From Candidatus Gastranaerophilales bacterium (GTDB taxonomy: Bacteria; Cyanobacteriota; Vampirovibrionia; Gastranaerophilales; Gastranaerophilaceae), in NCBI GenBank assembly GCA_944324195.1, contig CALUVJ010000001.1, positions 1 through 61,785 on the forward strand: a stretch of 61,785 bases of DNA, read 5' to 3'. The stretch's first letter is position 1; every line of letters begins with the position of its first letter. Below are positions 49,901-59,692 of this stretch, one piece after another. The notes under the pieces are model-generated. The model did not search any database, had not been told where the DNA came from, and saw only the letters and a program-made list of their open reading frames with translations. The position numbers and the translations under genes were made by a program.

Positions 49901-51250
49901 ATGCTGAAGGTAAAGGGCGGTATTGAAGTCTATAAAGATGATCTTGTTTTCCACGATTTGTATATAAAAACCCAAAACCCTACAGATGCCCGTATATTTA
50001 ACATAATTTTCAGAAAACCTAATATAAAACAGGGACAATTTACTTCTGATTTAAAATTCAACGGACGCCTGTCCGATCCGAAACTTCTGGGGAATTTCCA
50101 TATCTTTGAAACTAATATTCCGTTTTTGGATACAACAATGAAGAATATTTCTTTCAAATTTAAAGAAAAAACAATAGATCTTTCTTCTAAAGGCGAAATT
50201 CTCGGCAATGATTTAACCGTTAAGGCAACGCTTAAGAATAAACTTACGCCGCCATATTACGTTGAAAAAGCTGACTTGTACACAAAAGTATTTGACCTCA
50301 ATTACATTATTGAAAAACTTAAACTTTCACAAGTAGACAATTACACAACGTTTGAATCCTTTGAAGGTGCGGATTTGACTTCTATAATAATCAGAGATAT
50401 GAACCTTAACGCAGATAACATTTATCTTAGAAATATTGTAGCAAAAGACTTTAGTGCAAATGTCTCTGCTGATGAGAAAAAAATATTAAATGTAAACGAT
50501 TTTCAATTCAGTATTGCAGACGGTATACTTAACGGTAAATTCAGATATAATATACAAAATAACGAAACAAATTTAGACATAAAAGCAAAAGAAATTAATG
50601 CAAATGACCTTACTTATGCACTGTTCGATTTGAATAATCAAATCTACGGAGACTTAACCGGTAATATAAGCCTTACCTGCAACGGCTCCGACTTTGATAA
50701 TTGTATGAAAACTCTTAACGGAAATGCCGCATTCAATGTTGCAAACGGCAGAATGCCGAAACTCGGCTCGCTTGAATACCTGCTTAAAGCCGGTAATCTT
50801 CTGAAAGGCGGACTGACAAGTATATCAATAAACAGTGTTATCGATATAATAACGCCGCTAAAAACCGGAGATTTCTCTAATATTTACGGCAACATAAATA
50901 TTAAAGACGGAGAAGCTGATAAAATAGAAATTGCTACACGCGGTAAAGATTTGAGCCTGTTTATTACCGGCAAATACAATTTTTCAACCGCAAATGCAGA
51001 GATGAATGTATTCGGCTTATTATCTAAAAAGATTTCAACAATGTTCGGGCCGCTTGGAAACCTGTCATTAAATACACTATTTAACGCAATTCCGGGAGTG
51101 GATTTATCAAAAGACTCAAAAGTTCTTGAACAAATAAACAAAGTACCGGGAATTGAACTTTCAAGCAAAGCTTACAGAAAATTTATTGCTGAAATAAAAG
51201 GAAACATAAACGGCGATGATTACGTAACAAGCTTTAAATGGATTAACTGA
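46916..51250 (+). CDS. AsmA-like (AsmA/TamB/YhdP-type) envelope protein
   Basis: 1444 aa, N-terminal TM anchor, repeated amphipathic beta strands, C-terminal LNG.A.F....G...I.G...IKDG region. Confidence 0.8.
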   Translation: MKQVFSKYIIIIISFYAIWIVGLPFLFPKTLTEVCENISLNSNYEVSVVNPKLRLSLIPTANIKADNIVLKSKKTDDFTRIENPEISFRILPILSGKFHINRLSASNITANSILKKELELDENFFANLNKTRVRCKELKINTVSVNIYQPNISEPVVYSAKNIYYKRNARALKFNLQSELKIKNSKSEANINLYLPSDNNVKKSIIDVKFDNFDIAPLGDYLRQHLPNDLNEIKGVINIRVNKQNLKATLNDCAVLMKDDAKSIIFPQKLDINSTFNMTRKFINFENIEIKSKNINAVINGFISNYLDKTLTTLNLNICLNQSRVEEIINLLPPIITEEFNVYKLKKYKFYGDVIGNFSVKGNTLEPDINGDIFINNGILIKPIKNAGGATVKLNFTGKYVNFDVNVPAGGIERVWVKGGVELYNVKYADMRVWSTKKVDLETAEEKVLPIHEILNFIIGPVPIMDIKGNGNIDITVKGNRKNPHVWGVLNFNNVKTFFNEIPDMTLTNAKAILRFNDQDAVFQTEQGFVNGKPINISGTCNLFGKFDFNVKSDSQDIGYLYRAIKTATMIDELKKMLPNLSICNGPVNLNMKVFGSIIDIENIQFNKNLFSKGEIELLGNTFGMQGLSVNDTKGKINFDGTNADADINARIGHSPIALKAEIKENLTDATVSIPRLNINDILPADNEIKSDFGNIFANINAKYKGQTNQIELDKIDLDAKILGTSPQNKLKLSNGIIKVNNNRLKVSSLKGSIADTQSTFDINLDADNISTKPRLNGLIQLKAFDLPALNFITQYSFMPKELQNISFEKGRINTNIKIHNNNINSYADLGGIILTYKPLNLPIKVLNGSLMIRNNNLRLVKLNLLADEMPVLLDGDISSILDKQIFDMYINSKPKQDFIDKYINKNQIYPVKIKGDIVYSLRAKGVLDNYDLKADVNMAPDSSIYHLGATVGDVENAIVLNLDTKIIKQNILKIKEFSYDKIISSLGSRQTRLNMLKVKGGIEVYKDDLVFHDLYIKTQNPTDARIFNIIFRKPNIKQGQFTSDLKFNGRLSDPKLLGNFHIFETNIPFLDTTMKNISFKFKEKTIDLSSKGEILGNDLTVKATLKNKLTPPYYVEKADLYTKVFDLNYIIEKLKLSQVDNYTTFESFEGADLTSIIIRDMNLNADNIYLRNIVAKDFSANVSADEKKILNVNDFQFSIADGILNGKFRYNIQNNETNLDIKAKEINANDLTYALFDLNNQIYGDLTGNISLTCNGSDFDNCMKTLNGNAAFNVANGRMPKLGSLEYLLKAGNLLKGGLTSISINSVIDIITPLKTGDFSNIYGNINIKDGEADKIEIATRGKDLSLFITGKYNFSTANAEMNVFGLLSKKISTMFGPLGNLSLNTLFNAIPGVDLSKDSKVLEQINKVPGIELSSKAYRKFIAEIKGNINGDDYVTSFKWIN

Positions 51251-51332
51251 GCGTTTATCTTTTCCGGCTCCGATTGGGGAATGTAATTATTTTTTGACCG
51301 GACTCTAATTTATAGAGAAAGGAGACTCCGAA

Positions 51333-51641
51333 ATGTTTTACAATGTATTAAAAGCCAAAGATATTGTAAGTCTTGATGATGACAAAAAATTTGACAAAGA
51401 AGTTTTGATGGAAAACTCAAACAGTTCACTGAGTGTTTTGGCACTGAAAAAAAATGAAATTATTGACACGCATACTTCGACAGAAGATGCCGCAGTTTAC
51501 GTAATTGACGGTGAAATAGAAATACACTTTGATGCTGAAAAATTTAAATTAGACAAAGGTGAAATATTATTGTTCAAAAAAGATAAAGAGCATAAAGTTT
51601 TGGCACTAAAAGACAGCAAATTCTTACTCATTAAGATATAA
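51333..51641 (+). CDS. Cupin domain protein
   Basis: H(T)S..DA.VYVIDGE...L..GE......EH.V.A. Confidence 0.9.
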   Translation: MFYNVLKAKDIVSLDDDKKFDKEVLMENSNSSLSVLALKKNEIIDTHTSTEDAAVYVIDGEIEIHFDAEKFKLDKGEILLFKKDKEHKVLALKDSKFLLIKI

Positions 51642-51647
51642 AACTCC

Positions 51648-51673
51648 GGCGCAGACAATTTCTGCGCCATTTT
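51648..51673. terminator. Probable terminator between convergent genes
   Basis: GGCGCAGA-caatt-TCTGCGCC followed by ATTTT. Confidence 0.7.
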
Positions 51674-51686
51674 AAAACATATAAAA

Positions 51687-52019
51687 TCAGCTCTTTATAC
51701 CTTCGTAAATCGGTTCAATTATTTTTTCCAATCTGGCGGAAAGTTCCTCCAAAGACGCTATAACATTTTCCAAGCGTTGTTTTGTATCAAAATTAAGAGT
51801 ATTGTAATAAGCAATATCATCTCTTATGGCTGACAGACAGAGCTGCAGGATTCCGAAATGTGTAATATCAACTGCAAGTTTAGTAACTACATTTTTTGAC
51901 ACATTGTACAAAACAGCATCCACATCTTTTCCGAGCATATTTTTTATAAAAAATTTCTTTGCAGAATCTCTTATCATTTTTTCAAAATCTTCATCCATGT
52001 TCATAAATCCTTTACGCAT
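51687..52019 (-). CDS. Hypothetical helical protein
   Basis: 110-aa ORF filling the gap, divergent from the XRE gene; no motif recognised. Confidence 0.55.
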   Translation of the reverse strand: MRKGFMNMDEDFEKMIRDSAKKFFIKNMLGKDVDAVLYNVSKNVVTKLAVDITHFGILQLCLSAIRDDIAYYNTLNFDTKQRLENVIASLEELSARLEKIIEPIYEGIKS

Positions 52020-52104
52020 ATTTTAGTAGTCAATATGATGATTGTAGTGTGTTGAGAGATATATGTCAACGTCTTAATATAATAGTATAAATGGTGATTA
52101 CAAT

Positions 52105-52323
52105 ATGATAAACGAGAAAATCTGTAAGAAAATAAAATTGGAACGGACTAAAAAAGGTTTTTCACAAGAAGAACTGGCTCATACCGCCGGATTAAACAGA
52201 AATACCATTTCTAAGATTGAAACCGAGCAAGTATCACCAACCATCCAAACGCTTGAAAAAATTGCCAAGGCTCTGGAAATTGACTTCTCCACCTTAACTG
52301 ATGTTTCAAAAGTTGACTTATAA
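52105..52323 (+). CDS. XRE-family helix-turn-helix protein
   Basis: IK..R...GFSQEELA...GLNRNTISKIE....SPTIQTLEKIAKAL. Confidence 0.95.
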   Translation: MINEKICKKIKLERTKKGFSQEELAHTAGLNRNTISKIETEQVSPTIQTLEKIAKALEIDFSTLTDVSKVDL

Positions 52324-52555
52324 AAAGCGACTCTCTTTAAAGTGTATAATTATATTGTACTAATCCTAAAGTATTAGATTGTTACATTTCTTAACATTTC
52401 CCGTAAGGTACTCAATCACGCGATTTTGGAGATTATTGGTTTGTTTTCGGGATTAAAATTTTTATAAAAAGATTGATTATGTGTTATGTTGTTGGTATAA
52501 ATTTTCATGGACGTCTAGTCCTTTAGTAGTACACATTAAGAAAAGGTTTAAAATT

Positions 52556-54247
52556 ATGACATTACCAAACGTAGCCTATTTCTCTATGGAAATAGCAATG
52601 GATCAATCACTTAGTACATATTCAGGTGGTTTAGGATTTTTGGCAGGTTCTCATATGCTCTCTGCCGGTTATTTACAAATGCCAATGGTAGGTGTAACTA
52701 TGTTGTGGTCATACGGCTATTATGATCAAAGAATCGACCATGCCGGCAACGTTGAAGTAGCATATATCAGAAAGTATTATGATTACCTCGTTGATACGGG
52801 TATAACTGTAGAAGTTGATACTTTCGGAGAAAAAGTTAAAGTTAAAGCTTTCAGAGTAGATCCGGAATTATTCGGTACTTGCCCTGTTTATCTTTTAACA
52901 ACTGATATTGACGGCAACAGTGATTGGGCTAAAAGTATTTCTCACAAACTCTATGACGGAAATGAAAGAATCAGAATCGCTCAGGAAACTGTTTTAGGTG
53001 TAGCAGGTATCAGAGTACTTCAGGCTGCCGGATACAACTTTGATGTTGTTCACATGAACGAAGGCCACGCTCTTCCGGCTGCTTTTGAATTATTAAGACA
53101 ATACAACGGTAACTTGGATGAAGTTAAAAAGAAAACTGTATTCACAACTCACACTCCTGTTGCTGCAGGTAACGAAGTTCACTGGGTTGATACTTTATTA
53201 GAAGGCGGATTCTTTGCCGGAGCTACAAGAGAAAGAGCCATTCAATTGGGCGGTGAAAACTTCTCTCTTACAGTTGCAGCTTTAAGAATGTCAAGAATCG
53301 CTAACGCTGTATCTCAGCTCCACGGGCTTGTTGCTAACAAAATGTGGGAATGGGTTGACGGAAGATGCCCGATAAGAGCTATCACCAACGCTGTTAACCT
53401 GCACTACTGGCAGGATAAGAGAATGAATGGGGATAAATCTTTTGACGAACTCCTCGCCGCTAAACGTGAAATGAAAGAAGAATTATTCAAATACGTTGCT
53501 AACGTTGCAGGTAAAAGATTTGATCCTGACGTATTAACAATTACCTGGGCAAGAAGATTTGCTGATTACAAGCGTGCCTGGTTAATTTTGATGGATAAAG
53601 ACAGAATCAACAAGTTACTTGAAGAAAATAAAGTTCAAATTATTTTTGCCGGTAAATTCCATCCGGATGACGTTATGGGTAAAGAAATGTTCAACAAACT
53701 TCTTAACCGTTCTCATACGCTTAAAAATGTTGTTGTATTACCTGGTTATGAACTTCAATTATCAGGCTTGCTCAAACGCGGTACTGATGTATGGTTAAAT
53801 ACTCCGCTCAGACCGTTTGAGGCTTCAGGTACTTCAGGTATGTCCGCTAACGCTAACGGAGCCCTTCACTTATCAACATACGACGGTTGGACTGTTGAAG
53901 GTACTTTCCCTGGTATTAACGGTTACACTGTTGAATACCCTGAACTCGATGACGATATGCCTTGGGAAGAAAGACACTGGAAAGACCACGAATGCATGAT
54001 GAATATCATCGAAAACCAGATTATTCCTACTTATTACAACAATAAACAGGAATGGGCAAGAATGATGAGACAGGCTATAAGAACTGCAGAAGCTTACTTC
54101 AACTCTGACAGAATGGTTATTGAATACTACAACAGATTATACAAACCAATCGCTCACGATGATTGCTCTGCGGGAGAAAAGAAAAAAGAATTAAATATTT
54201 CTGAAACTCCGACTTTTGATGCCTGGACTTACTCAAACATCAAATAG
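52556..54247 (+). CDS. glgP: Alpha-glucan (glycogen) phosphorylase
   Basis: AYFSME, YSGGLG.LAG, HMNEGH, FTTHTP, ARRFADYKR, EASGTSGMSA; start set at ATG 52556. The usual PLP lysine after SGM appears as Ser here. Confidence 0.93.
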   Translation: MTLPNVAYFSMEIAMDQSLSTYSGGLGFLAGSHMLSAGYLQMPMVGVTMLWSYGYYDQRIDHAGNVEVAYIRKYYDYLVDTGITVEVDTFGEKVKVKAFRVDPELFGTCPVYLLTTDIDGNSDWAKSISHKLYDGNERIRIAQETVLGVAGIRVLQAAGYNFDVVHMNEGHALPAAFELLRQYNGNLDEVKKKTVFTTHTPVAAGNEVHWVDTLLEGGFFAGATRERAIQLGGENFSLTVAALRMSRIANAVSQLHGLVANKMWEWVDGRCPIRAITNAVNLHYWQDKRMNGDKSFDELLAAKREMKEELFKYVANVAGKRFDPDVLTITWARRFADYKRAWLILMDKDRINKLLEENKVQIIFAGKFHPDDVMGKEMFNKLLNRSHTLKNVVVLPGYELQLSGLLKRGTDVWLNTPLRPFEASGTSGMSANANGALHLSTYDGWTVEGTFPGINGYTVEYPELDDDMPWEERHWKDHECMMNIIENQIIPTYYNNKQEWARMMRQAIRTAEAYFNSDRMVIEYYNRLYKPIAHDDCSAGEKKKELNISETPTFDAWTYSNIK

Positions 54248-54259
54248 TTTATAATATTG

Positions 54260-54291
54260 AAGGGGCCGGATGATAAATCATCCGGCCCCTT
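54260..54291. terminator. glgP terminator
   Basis: AAGGGGCCGGATGA-taaa-TCATCCGGCCCCTT. Confidence 0.9.
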
Positions 54292-54294
54292 TAT

Positions 54295-54330
54295 ATTTAC
54301 CCCATTTACCCCATTTACCCCTTTACACCT
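54295..54330. repeat. 9-nt tandem units (ATTTACCCC)
   Basis: ATTTACCCC x3 then TTTACACCT. Confidence 0.85.
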
Positions 54331-54344
54331 TTGTTTGCAAAAAA

Positions 54345-54842
54345 TTATTCTTCAAACGGTATTGTAATAATATACCTGTTACCTTTTCTTTCTTTTGTCA
54401 TTTTATCCGCTTCGATTTTTTCATCCAAATAATATGATTGTGAAAAACTCATAATATCCTCTCTGTGATGTTCTTTCTTTTCGATTTCTCCGGATACCGT
54501 TACAATATTATCTTCCAATTTTACATTCACATTTTTTTCATTGTTATCAAGCGGTTCCAAATCTACAATTATTTTGTACTCTTCAGGTTCTTTTACAAGA
54601 TTTACAAGCATTGGCGCCAATCTTGGTTCAAATGGATTTGCTCCTAAATTTTTTTCCATTCTCTCAAAGCGTTTTTGCTCTTTTTTCATTAATTTTTCCA
54701 TTTTTTTCATATGATAAGCCGGACTTGTCATACGTGTAAACGTTAAATCTGCAACAACATAAAACGCTAAAAACGCACCAATTAATGTGGCAAGTATAAT
54801 TCCGGTAATTTTTACCCAACTCTCTTTGTGTTCATCTGTCAT
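54345..54842 (-). CDS. Hsp20/alpha-crystallin domain protein with N-terminal TM helix
   Basis: Hydrophobic helix, then Y.I.VDL, V.V.LEDN..TVSGE, FSQSY.L, IITIP; start at MTDEHK (AAGGAG upstream). Confidence 0.8.
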   Translation of the reverse strand: MTDEHKESWVKITGIILATLIGAFLAFYVVADLTFTRMTSPAYHMKKMEKLMKKEQKRFERMEKNLGANPFEPRLAPMLVNLVKEPEEYKIIVDLEPLDNNEKNVNVKLEDNIVTVSGEIEKKEHHREDIMSFSQSYYLDEKIEADKMTKERKGNRYIITIPFEE

Positions 54843-55000
54843 AATTTTGCTCCTTTCTTCTCTCTTCAATTTATTTACAACATTATAATAAACTTATCAA
54901 TACCCCAACCGGGGAGATAAAATATTTGAAAAGATACAAAAGAGCAACCCACTATACCTCTTAAATAGTTTGGAGTATAATAAAACGCAGAGAGGTGTTT

Positions 55001-56332
55001 ATGAAGAAAACTTTAGTAAAATATCCGTTTTTAACACGGGATGTTGAAATATATGAAAGAGAAAACGGGCATAAAATTGTACTCGCACACAAAGAAGGCG
55101 GAATGGCAAATATTTCCTCCTGGGTTAAAACCGGCTCAATAAATGAAAACGATGAAAATAACGGGATTTCGCATTTTTTAGAACATTTGATGTTTAAAGG
55201 TACTCATAAACACAAAGCCGGCGAATTTGACAAGATTCTTGAATCCCGCGGAGCAATTGTAAACGCTGCTACCTGGAAAGATTACACCTTTTATTATGTA
55301 ACTCTTCCTAAGGGTGAAGAGAATGAAAATCTTTATAAAGCAATTGAACTTCATGCAGATATGATGACAGATCCGGTAATTCCGGATTACGAAATGGGAG
55401 CACCGTTTGATGTAAATGACAAGACGGTAACAGATAAGCGGGAACGTCACGTTGTAATTGAAGAAATTCGTATGCGTAAGGATCAGCCTTGGACTAAAGT
55501 TTATAACGCCACAAATAATGCAATGTATACTTCACATCCTTATAAAAGAGACGTTATAGGAACTCCGGAAATTATCTCTCAGGTTTCTCAACAAGAAGTT
55601 ATGAATTATTACAGAACTTTTTATTCTCCGGAAAATGTTACTACAATCGTTGTGGGAGATTTTAATCACGAAGATATTCTTAATCGTGTAATTGAAGGTT
55701 TTGATTGGGGAGAAAGGCCGCATCCGCCGGAGATAAATACGAAACCTGATGAACCTGTCCAAGAAACAGTTTATGTTGAAAATGAAGCTAATATCAATTC
55801 CTCATTTATGATGTTTGGATTTTTGGGTGCGCCTGCAAAAGATTTAAAAAATCTTATTGCTCTGGAGATGCTAGCCGTAATTTTAGGCGAGGGTGCAAGT
55901 TCAAGATTATATAATAATTTAATAGAAAATCAACCTGAACATATTTTTAATGTAATTGATGCTGAAAATTATTCTTTCCGGGACGGCTGCAACTTCTTTG
56001 TACAGGCTAATTTTAACCCTGAATACAAAGAAAAAGCCATTGAACTTGTAAAAGATGAAATTACAAAACTTAGTGAAAATATTACGGACAGAGAAATCAA
56101 TAAGGCTAAGAAAAAATTAAAATCACGTTTTGCCTGCGAAGCCGAAACGGTTTCTGACATTGGAGAAGCAATCGGGTATTATATGACAGTATGTGATGAT
56201 TTGGCACTGGCTGAAAATTATATGCCTATTTGTGACAATATGACAAAGGAATATTTACAAGATGCTGCAAAAAAATATCTTGACTTAAATCATGCGGTTA
56301 TTTCGGTGTTAAGCCCGCAAAAAGCAGATTAA
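55001..56332 (+). CDS. Cytoplasmic M16 zinc peptidase
   Basis: GISHFLEHLMFKGT, NAAT, ER.VVIEEI, SSRLY; no signal peptide. Confidence 0.95.
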   Translation: MKKTLVKYPFLTRDVEIYERENGHKIVLAHKEGGMANISSWVKTGSINENDENNGISHFLEHLMFKGTHKHKAGEFDKILESRGAIVNAATWKDYTFYYVTLPKGEENENLYKAIELHADMMTDPVIPDYEMGAPFDVNDKTVTDKRERHVVIEEIRMRKDQPWTKVYNATNNAMYTSHPYKRDVIGTPEIISQVSQQEVMNYYRTFYSPENVTTIVVGDFNHEDILNRVIEGFDWGERPHPPEINTKPDEPVQETVYVENEANINSSFMMFGFLGAPAKDLKNLIALEMLAVILGEGASSRLYNNLIENQPEHIFNVIDAENYSFRDGCNFFVQANFNPEYKEKAIELVKDEITKLSENITDREINKAKKKLKSRFACEAETVSDIGEAIGYYMTVCDDLALAENYMPICDNMTKEYLQDAAKKYLDLNHAVISVLSPQKAD

Positions 56333-56721
56333 GCATACTTATCTATATTATTTTCCCTTATAATTCTTTCATACTCTTTTGTTTGTTTGTCATTTCGTTT
56401 TGCTCTTGACAGGCAATTAAAAATTACCAGCGCATCAAAAGCTAATCCGGCTGCCAGCCACCCTTTTGACTTGGTAGTTAGTGCATCTATAACTCCCCAC
56501 GCAGCAAATATTCCGGCTATTACTTTATCAGAATTTGAAGAACGCTTCCTCTCCGCCATTATCTCTTCTACAGACAATATTCCGTTCTTGTCTTTGTCTA
56601 TATTATGAAAATCACGATGCCAAAAACTCTTCTCTATACCGAGCAGTTTGGCATCATTCAATGTCATACCTGCATAGTACTTATTATTAGTATCTTTAAT
56701 TTTTGGGATTTGACTCATCAC
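56329..56721 (-). CDS. Small membrane protein with one EF-hand-like loop
   Basis: DKDKNGILSVEE canonical loop followed by two hydrophobic helices. Confidence 0.7.
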   Translation of the reverse strand: MMSQIPKIKDTNNKYYAGMTLNDAKLLGIEKSFWHRDFHNIDKDKNGILSVEEIMAERKRSSNSDKVIAGIFAAWGVIDALTTKSKGWLAAGLAFDALVIFNCLSRAKRNDKQTKEYERIIRENNIDKYA

Positions 56722-56747
56722 ACTTCACCTTATTTATATATAAAAAC

Positions 56748-56775
56748 ACAAGCTGACAAAATTTTGTCAGCTTGT
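56748..56775 (-). terminator. Hairpin after the DUF3137-like gene
   Basis: Palindrome ACAAGCTGACAAAATTTTGTCAGCTTGT. Confidence 0.7.
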
Positions 56776-56802
56776 TACAAAATCGTTACAAAAATTGAAT
56801 TA

Positions 56803-57876
56803 TTATAATCCTACATTAACATCAAGTTTAAGCTCAGTAATAAAATCAAGAATAGATTTCGTCTGCATCATAACCTCGTAATATGAATTAACATCGTTCA
56901 ACGGTTTTGCAATATCCGGCTCAAACATATCTTTTTTTGTCTGTTTTACTACAGCAATATCGTTATTTACGACACTTAAGTTGATATTTTGCCCGCATTT
57001 ATAAATATTAATTAACCTATCCATCATAGAAGTTGTCAGAAGATATCTGGCTTCAACCTGATCCTCAGCGTAAACATCATAAATATTATTAAACTCGCCT
57101 GACTCCAGTGTAACCTTTTGCATCTTGTCTATACGACAATATGCAGCACCTCTTTGTCTTATAATAACTCTTGACTTGAAAGGCTTATCCATTGTCGTTT
57201 TAAACAAAACTCCCTGAAAAACTTTTACCAGATTATTACTGCTTCCCCCGGAAGCATAGCCGCTACCGCCGTAATGTATGTTATAATCCATTAACTCAAA
57301 CTCAACAATTTCTACCGGTCTGTCATTATATGTGCCGTCAATTGCATCATCCTGCGAAAGAATTGCATGAGGAGGCAGAATACCATATTCACCGATATTA
57401 CCTATATTAAGCTGCTTTTGTTTTGGAAGAAACATATTAATTAATTCTTGTATTAAATTCAAGTTTATATTTCCTACCGTCATTCCCTTAGCCCACTCAG
57501 GAATGATTTTTATCTTGCCGGGATAATATCTTAAATCCGGCCCGATTGCTTTAAACACATACGGAAACATTTCTTTCTTTATACTTGATACAAATTTGAA
57601 TTTTATCACCTGAGCTGCAATTGCAAGAATTAAACCAAGCGGAATAAATATAGTAGAAAATATTGAAAGCAAAGCCAATACAGGAACTATTGGGAAAAAC
57701 GCAAACAATATAAAAAGTATTGACAACCCTATAAGAATTCCTGATGCAATATTTAATCTTTTTACCAATACCGTTTTCGAGACTCTTTCCTTCTCCATTG
57801 CATCAACTCTTGACTTTAATTTCTCATTAAAAATTTTATTTATTTCATTATAAGCTTCTTTAATTTCATTAATCAT
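56803..57876 (-). CDS. DUF3137-like membrane protein
   Basis: Two N-terminal TM helices; VFQG, V.LES.EFN..YDVY..DQVEARYLLT..MM.RL. Confidence 0.85.
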   Translation of the reverse strand: MINEIKEAYNEINKIFNEKLKSRVDAMEKERVSKTVLVKRLNIASGILIGLSILFILFAFFPIVPVLALLSIFSTIFIPLGLILAIAAQVIKFKFVSSIKKEMFPYVFKAIGPDLRYYPGKIKIIPEWAKGMTVGNINLNLIQELINMFLPKQKQLNIGNIGEYGILPPHAILSQDDAIDGTYNDRPVEIVEFELMDYNIHYGGSGYASGGSSNNLVKVFQGVLFKTTMDKPFKSRVIIRQRGAAYCRIDKMQKVTLESGEFNNIYDVYAEDQVEARYLLTTSMMDRLINIYKCGQNINLSVVNNDIAVVKQTKKDMFEPDIAKPLNDVNSYYEVMMQTKSILDFITELKLDVNVGL

Positions 57877-57984
57877 AACTAACTCCTACTAAAGTTTTTC
57901 GATTTTGATTATATCATTTTGATTTAATATTTGCATACTACAAAGAAAGTAAATATATCATATTTACTATAATCAAGTGAATAA

Positions 57985-58016
57985 AAAAGAGCCAATGATG
58001 AAACATTGGCTCTTTT
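57985..58016 (-). terminator. rpsI terminator
   Basis: AAAAGAGCCAATG-atgaaa-CATTGGCTCTTTT. Confidence 0.9.
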
Positions 58017-58035
58017 ACTATCTTTTGTAAAAAAA

Positions 58036-58434
58036 TTATCTCTTAGAGAATTGGAATCTCTTACGAGCTCTTTTTCTACCATATTTTTTACGTTCTTTAA
58101 CCCTTGCATCACGTGTCAACAAGCCTTCTGAACGTAAAACATTTTTATATTCCTCATTAACTTTCAACAATGCTCTTGAAATACCGTGTCTGATAGCCGC
58201 TGATTGAGCAACGATACCGCCGCCTACAGCCTTAACTCTTACATCATACTTGTCTTGATTTTCAGTTAAAACAAGCGGTCTGTAAATCATCATTTCAACC
58301 GCCGGCATATTGCCGATATATGCAGCTAATGTTTTACCGTTAACGAAGATTCTTCCTTTACCTTTTACTAATTTTACAACTGCAACAGCACATTTTCTGC
58401 GTCCTGTAGCCATAATTTCTTTTGATTCAGCCAT
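58036..58434 (-). CDS. rpsI: 30S ribosomal protein S9
   Basis: GRRK.A.A, GGG...Q..AIRHGISRAL, LTRD.R.KERKK.G, QFSKR. Confidence 0.99.
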   Translation of the reverse strand: MAESKEIMATGRRKCAVAVVKLVKGKGRIFVNGKTLAAYIGNMPAVEMMIYRPLVLTENQDKYDVRVKAVGGGIVAQSAAIRHGISRALLKVNEEYKNVLRSEGLLTRDARVKERKKYGRKRARKRFQFSKR

Positions 58435-58871
58435 TATTTAGACTCCTTTCCCAACACGATTGGTTTTTGTGCTGCGTGCGGATGTTCAGGACCGCAATAT
58501 ACTTTTAATTTAGTAAACTGCTGATCGCCTAAAGTATTGTGTTGTAACATACCTTTAACAGCTTTTTCAATTAATTTTGTTGCATCTTTTTCACGAACTT
58601 CTTTTACAGAAGCTGCTTTTAAACCGCCCGGATAACCGGTATGGTGGTAATATATTTTATCAGTTTCTTTGTTGCCTGAAACTACAACCTTTTCTGCATT
58701 GATAACGATAACAAAGTCACCGGTATCAACATTTGGTGTATATTCAGGTTTATTCTTACCTCTTAAAATGTTTGCAATTCTAACTGCAAGGCGACCTAAA
58801 ATTTCGCCTTCAGCATCTATTACATACCATTTTCTTTCAACTTCAAGAGGTTTTGCTGAATATGTTTTCAT
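58434..58871 (-). CDS. rplM: 50S ribosomal protein L13
   Basis: WYVIDA...LGRLA, GKNKP.YTP.VD.GD, HTGYPGG, HPHAAQ. Confidence 0.99.
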   Translation of the reverse strand: MKTYSAKPLEVERKWYVIDAEGEILGRLAVRIANILRGKNKPEYTPNVDTGDFVIVINAEKVVVSGNKETDKIYYHHTGYPGGLKAASVKEVREKDATKLIEKAVKGMLQHNTLGDQQFTKLKVYCGPEHPHAAQKPIVLGKESK

Positions 58872-58921
58872 GCTTATTCTCCATTGTTATGGCAAACCAC
58901 TCTTTTAAGAGAAAATTTACC

Positions 58922-59689
58922 CTAGTATTCTACTTTCATTAGCGTAAGCCCGTACGGACTCACCGTTTGTCCCGCCTTACGGCGGTCTTTTGCCTCCAGA
59001 ACATTTTTCATATGCTCAACAGGCAATTTATGACCTTCTATCTCTAAAAGGGTTCCGACAATTGTTCTTACCATATTATAAAGGAATCTGTTGCCCTCAA
59101 TATGAATAAAAATCCTGTCACCTTGTTTTTCAACTTCGGCTCTTCGGATAAAACAAACTTTGCTCGGGTTCAGCGTTCCGGAACTTTTAAAACTTGAGAA
59201 ATCGTGTTCTCCCAGTAGAAAGTTCAAAGCAGACTGCATCCGCTCTACATTCAACTCGTATTTTACTCTCAAGATATCACCATCAAACGCCTGTTTATAA
59301 CGTCTGTTAATTAACTCATATCTGTAATATCTTGTCTTTGCTGACTTTTGAGCATGAAACGAGTCCGGGACAATCCTCAAATTATCAACTGATATATCAT
59401 CAGGCAGGATTTCATTCACATGATAGATAAATTTTGAAGCAACAATTTCTTTATCGTAATCAAAATGTATGACCTGCCCCAATGAATTTACACCTTTATC
59501 AGTTCTTCCGGAGAAGATTGTTTTAATCGGTCGGTTATTGATTTGAGTCTTTGACTCTAGTAATGTACAAATTGCTTTCTCGATTTCGCCCTGTATAGTA
59601 GGTTTATCAATCTCTTTTCCGCCTTCATATTGAATCTGGCTTCCTGAATAATTTTTACCTATATACTGAACATCAAGAGCGTAGCGCAT
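58922..59689 (-). CDS. truA: tRNA pseudouridine(38-40) synthase
   Basis: SGRTDKGV, FHA, G.HDFSSF, FLYNMVR.IVG, GLTL..V.Y. Confidence 0.98.
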   Translation of the reverse strand: MRYALDVQYIGKNYSGSQIQYEGGKEIDKPTIQGEIEKAICTLLESKTQINNRPIKTIFSGRTDKGVNSLGQVIHFDYDKEIVASKFIYHVNEILPDDISVDNLRIVPDSFHAQKSAKTRYYRYELINRRYKQAFDGDILRVKYELNVERMQSALNFLLGEHDFSSFKSSGTLNPSKVCFIRRAEVEKQGDRIFIHIEGNRFLYNMVRTIVGTLLEIEGHKLPVEHMKNVLEAKDRRKAGQTVSPYGLTLMKVEY

Positions 59690-59692
59690 TAA

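Noticed and set aside
51687-52323. Prophage immunity region or TA pair around the XRE gene
   Set aside because: No integrase, phage genes or recognisable toxin; the divergent ORF has no motif.
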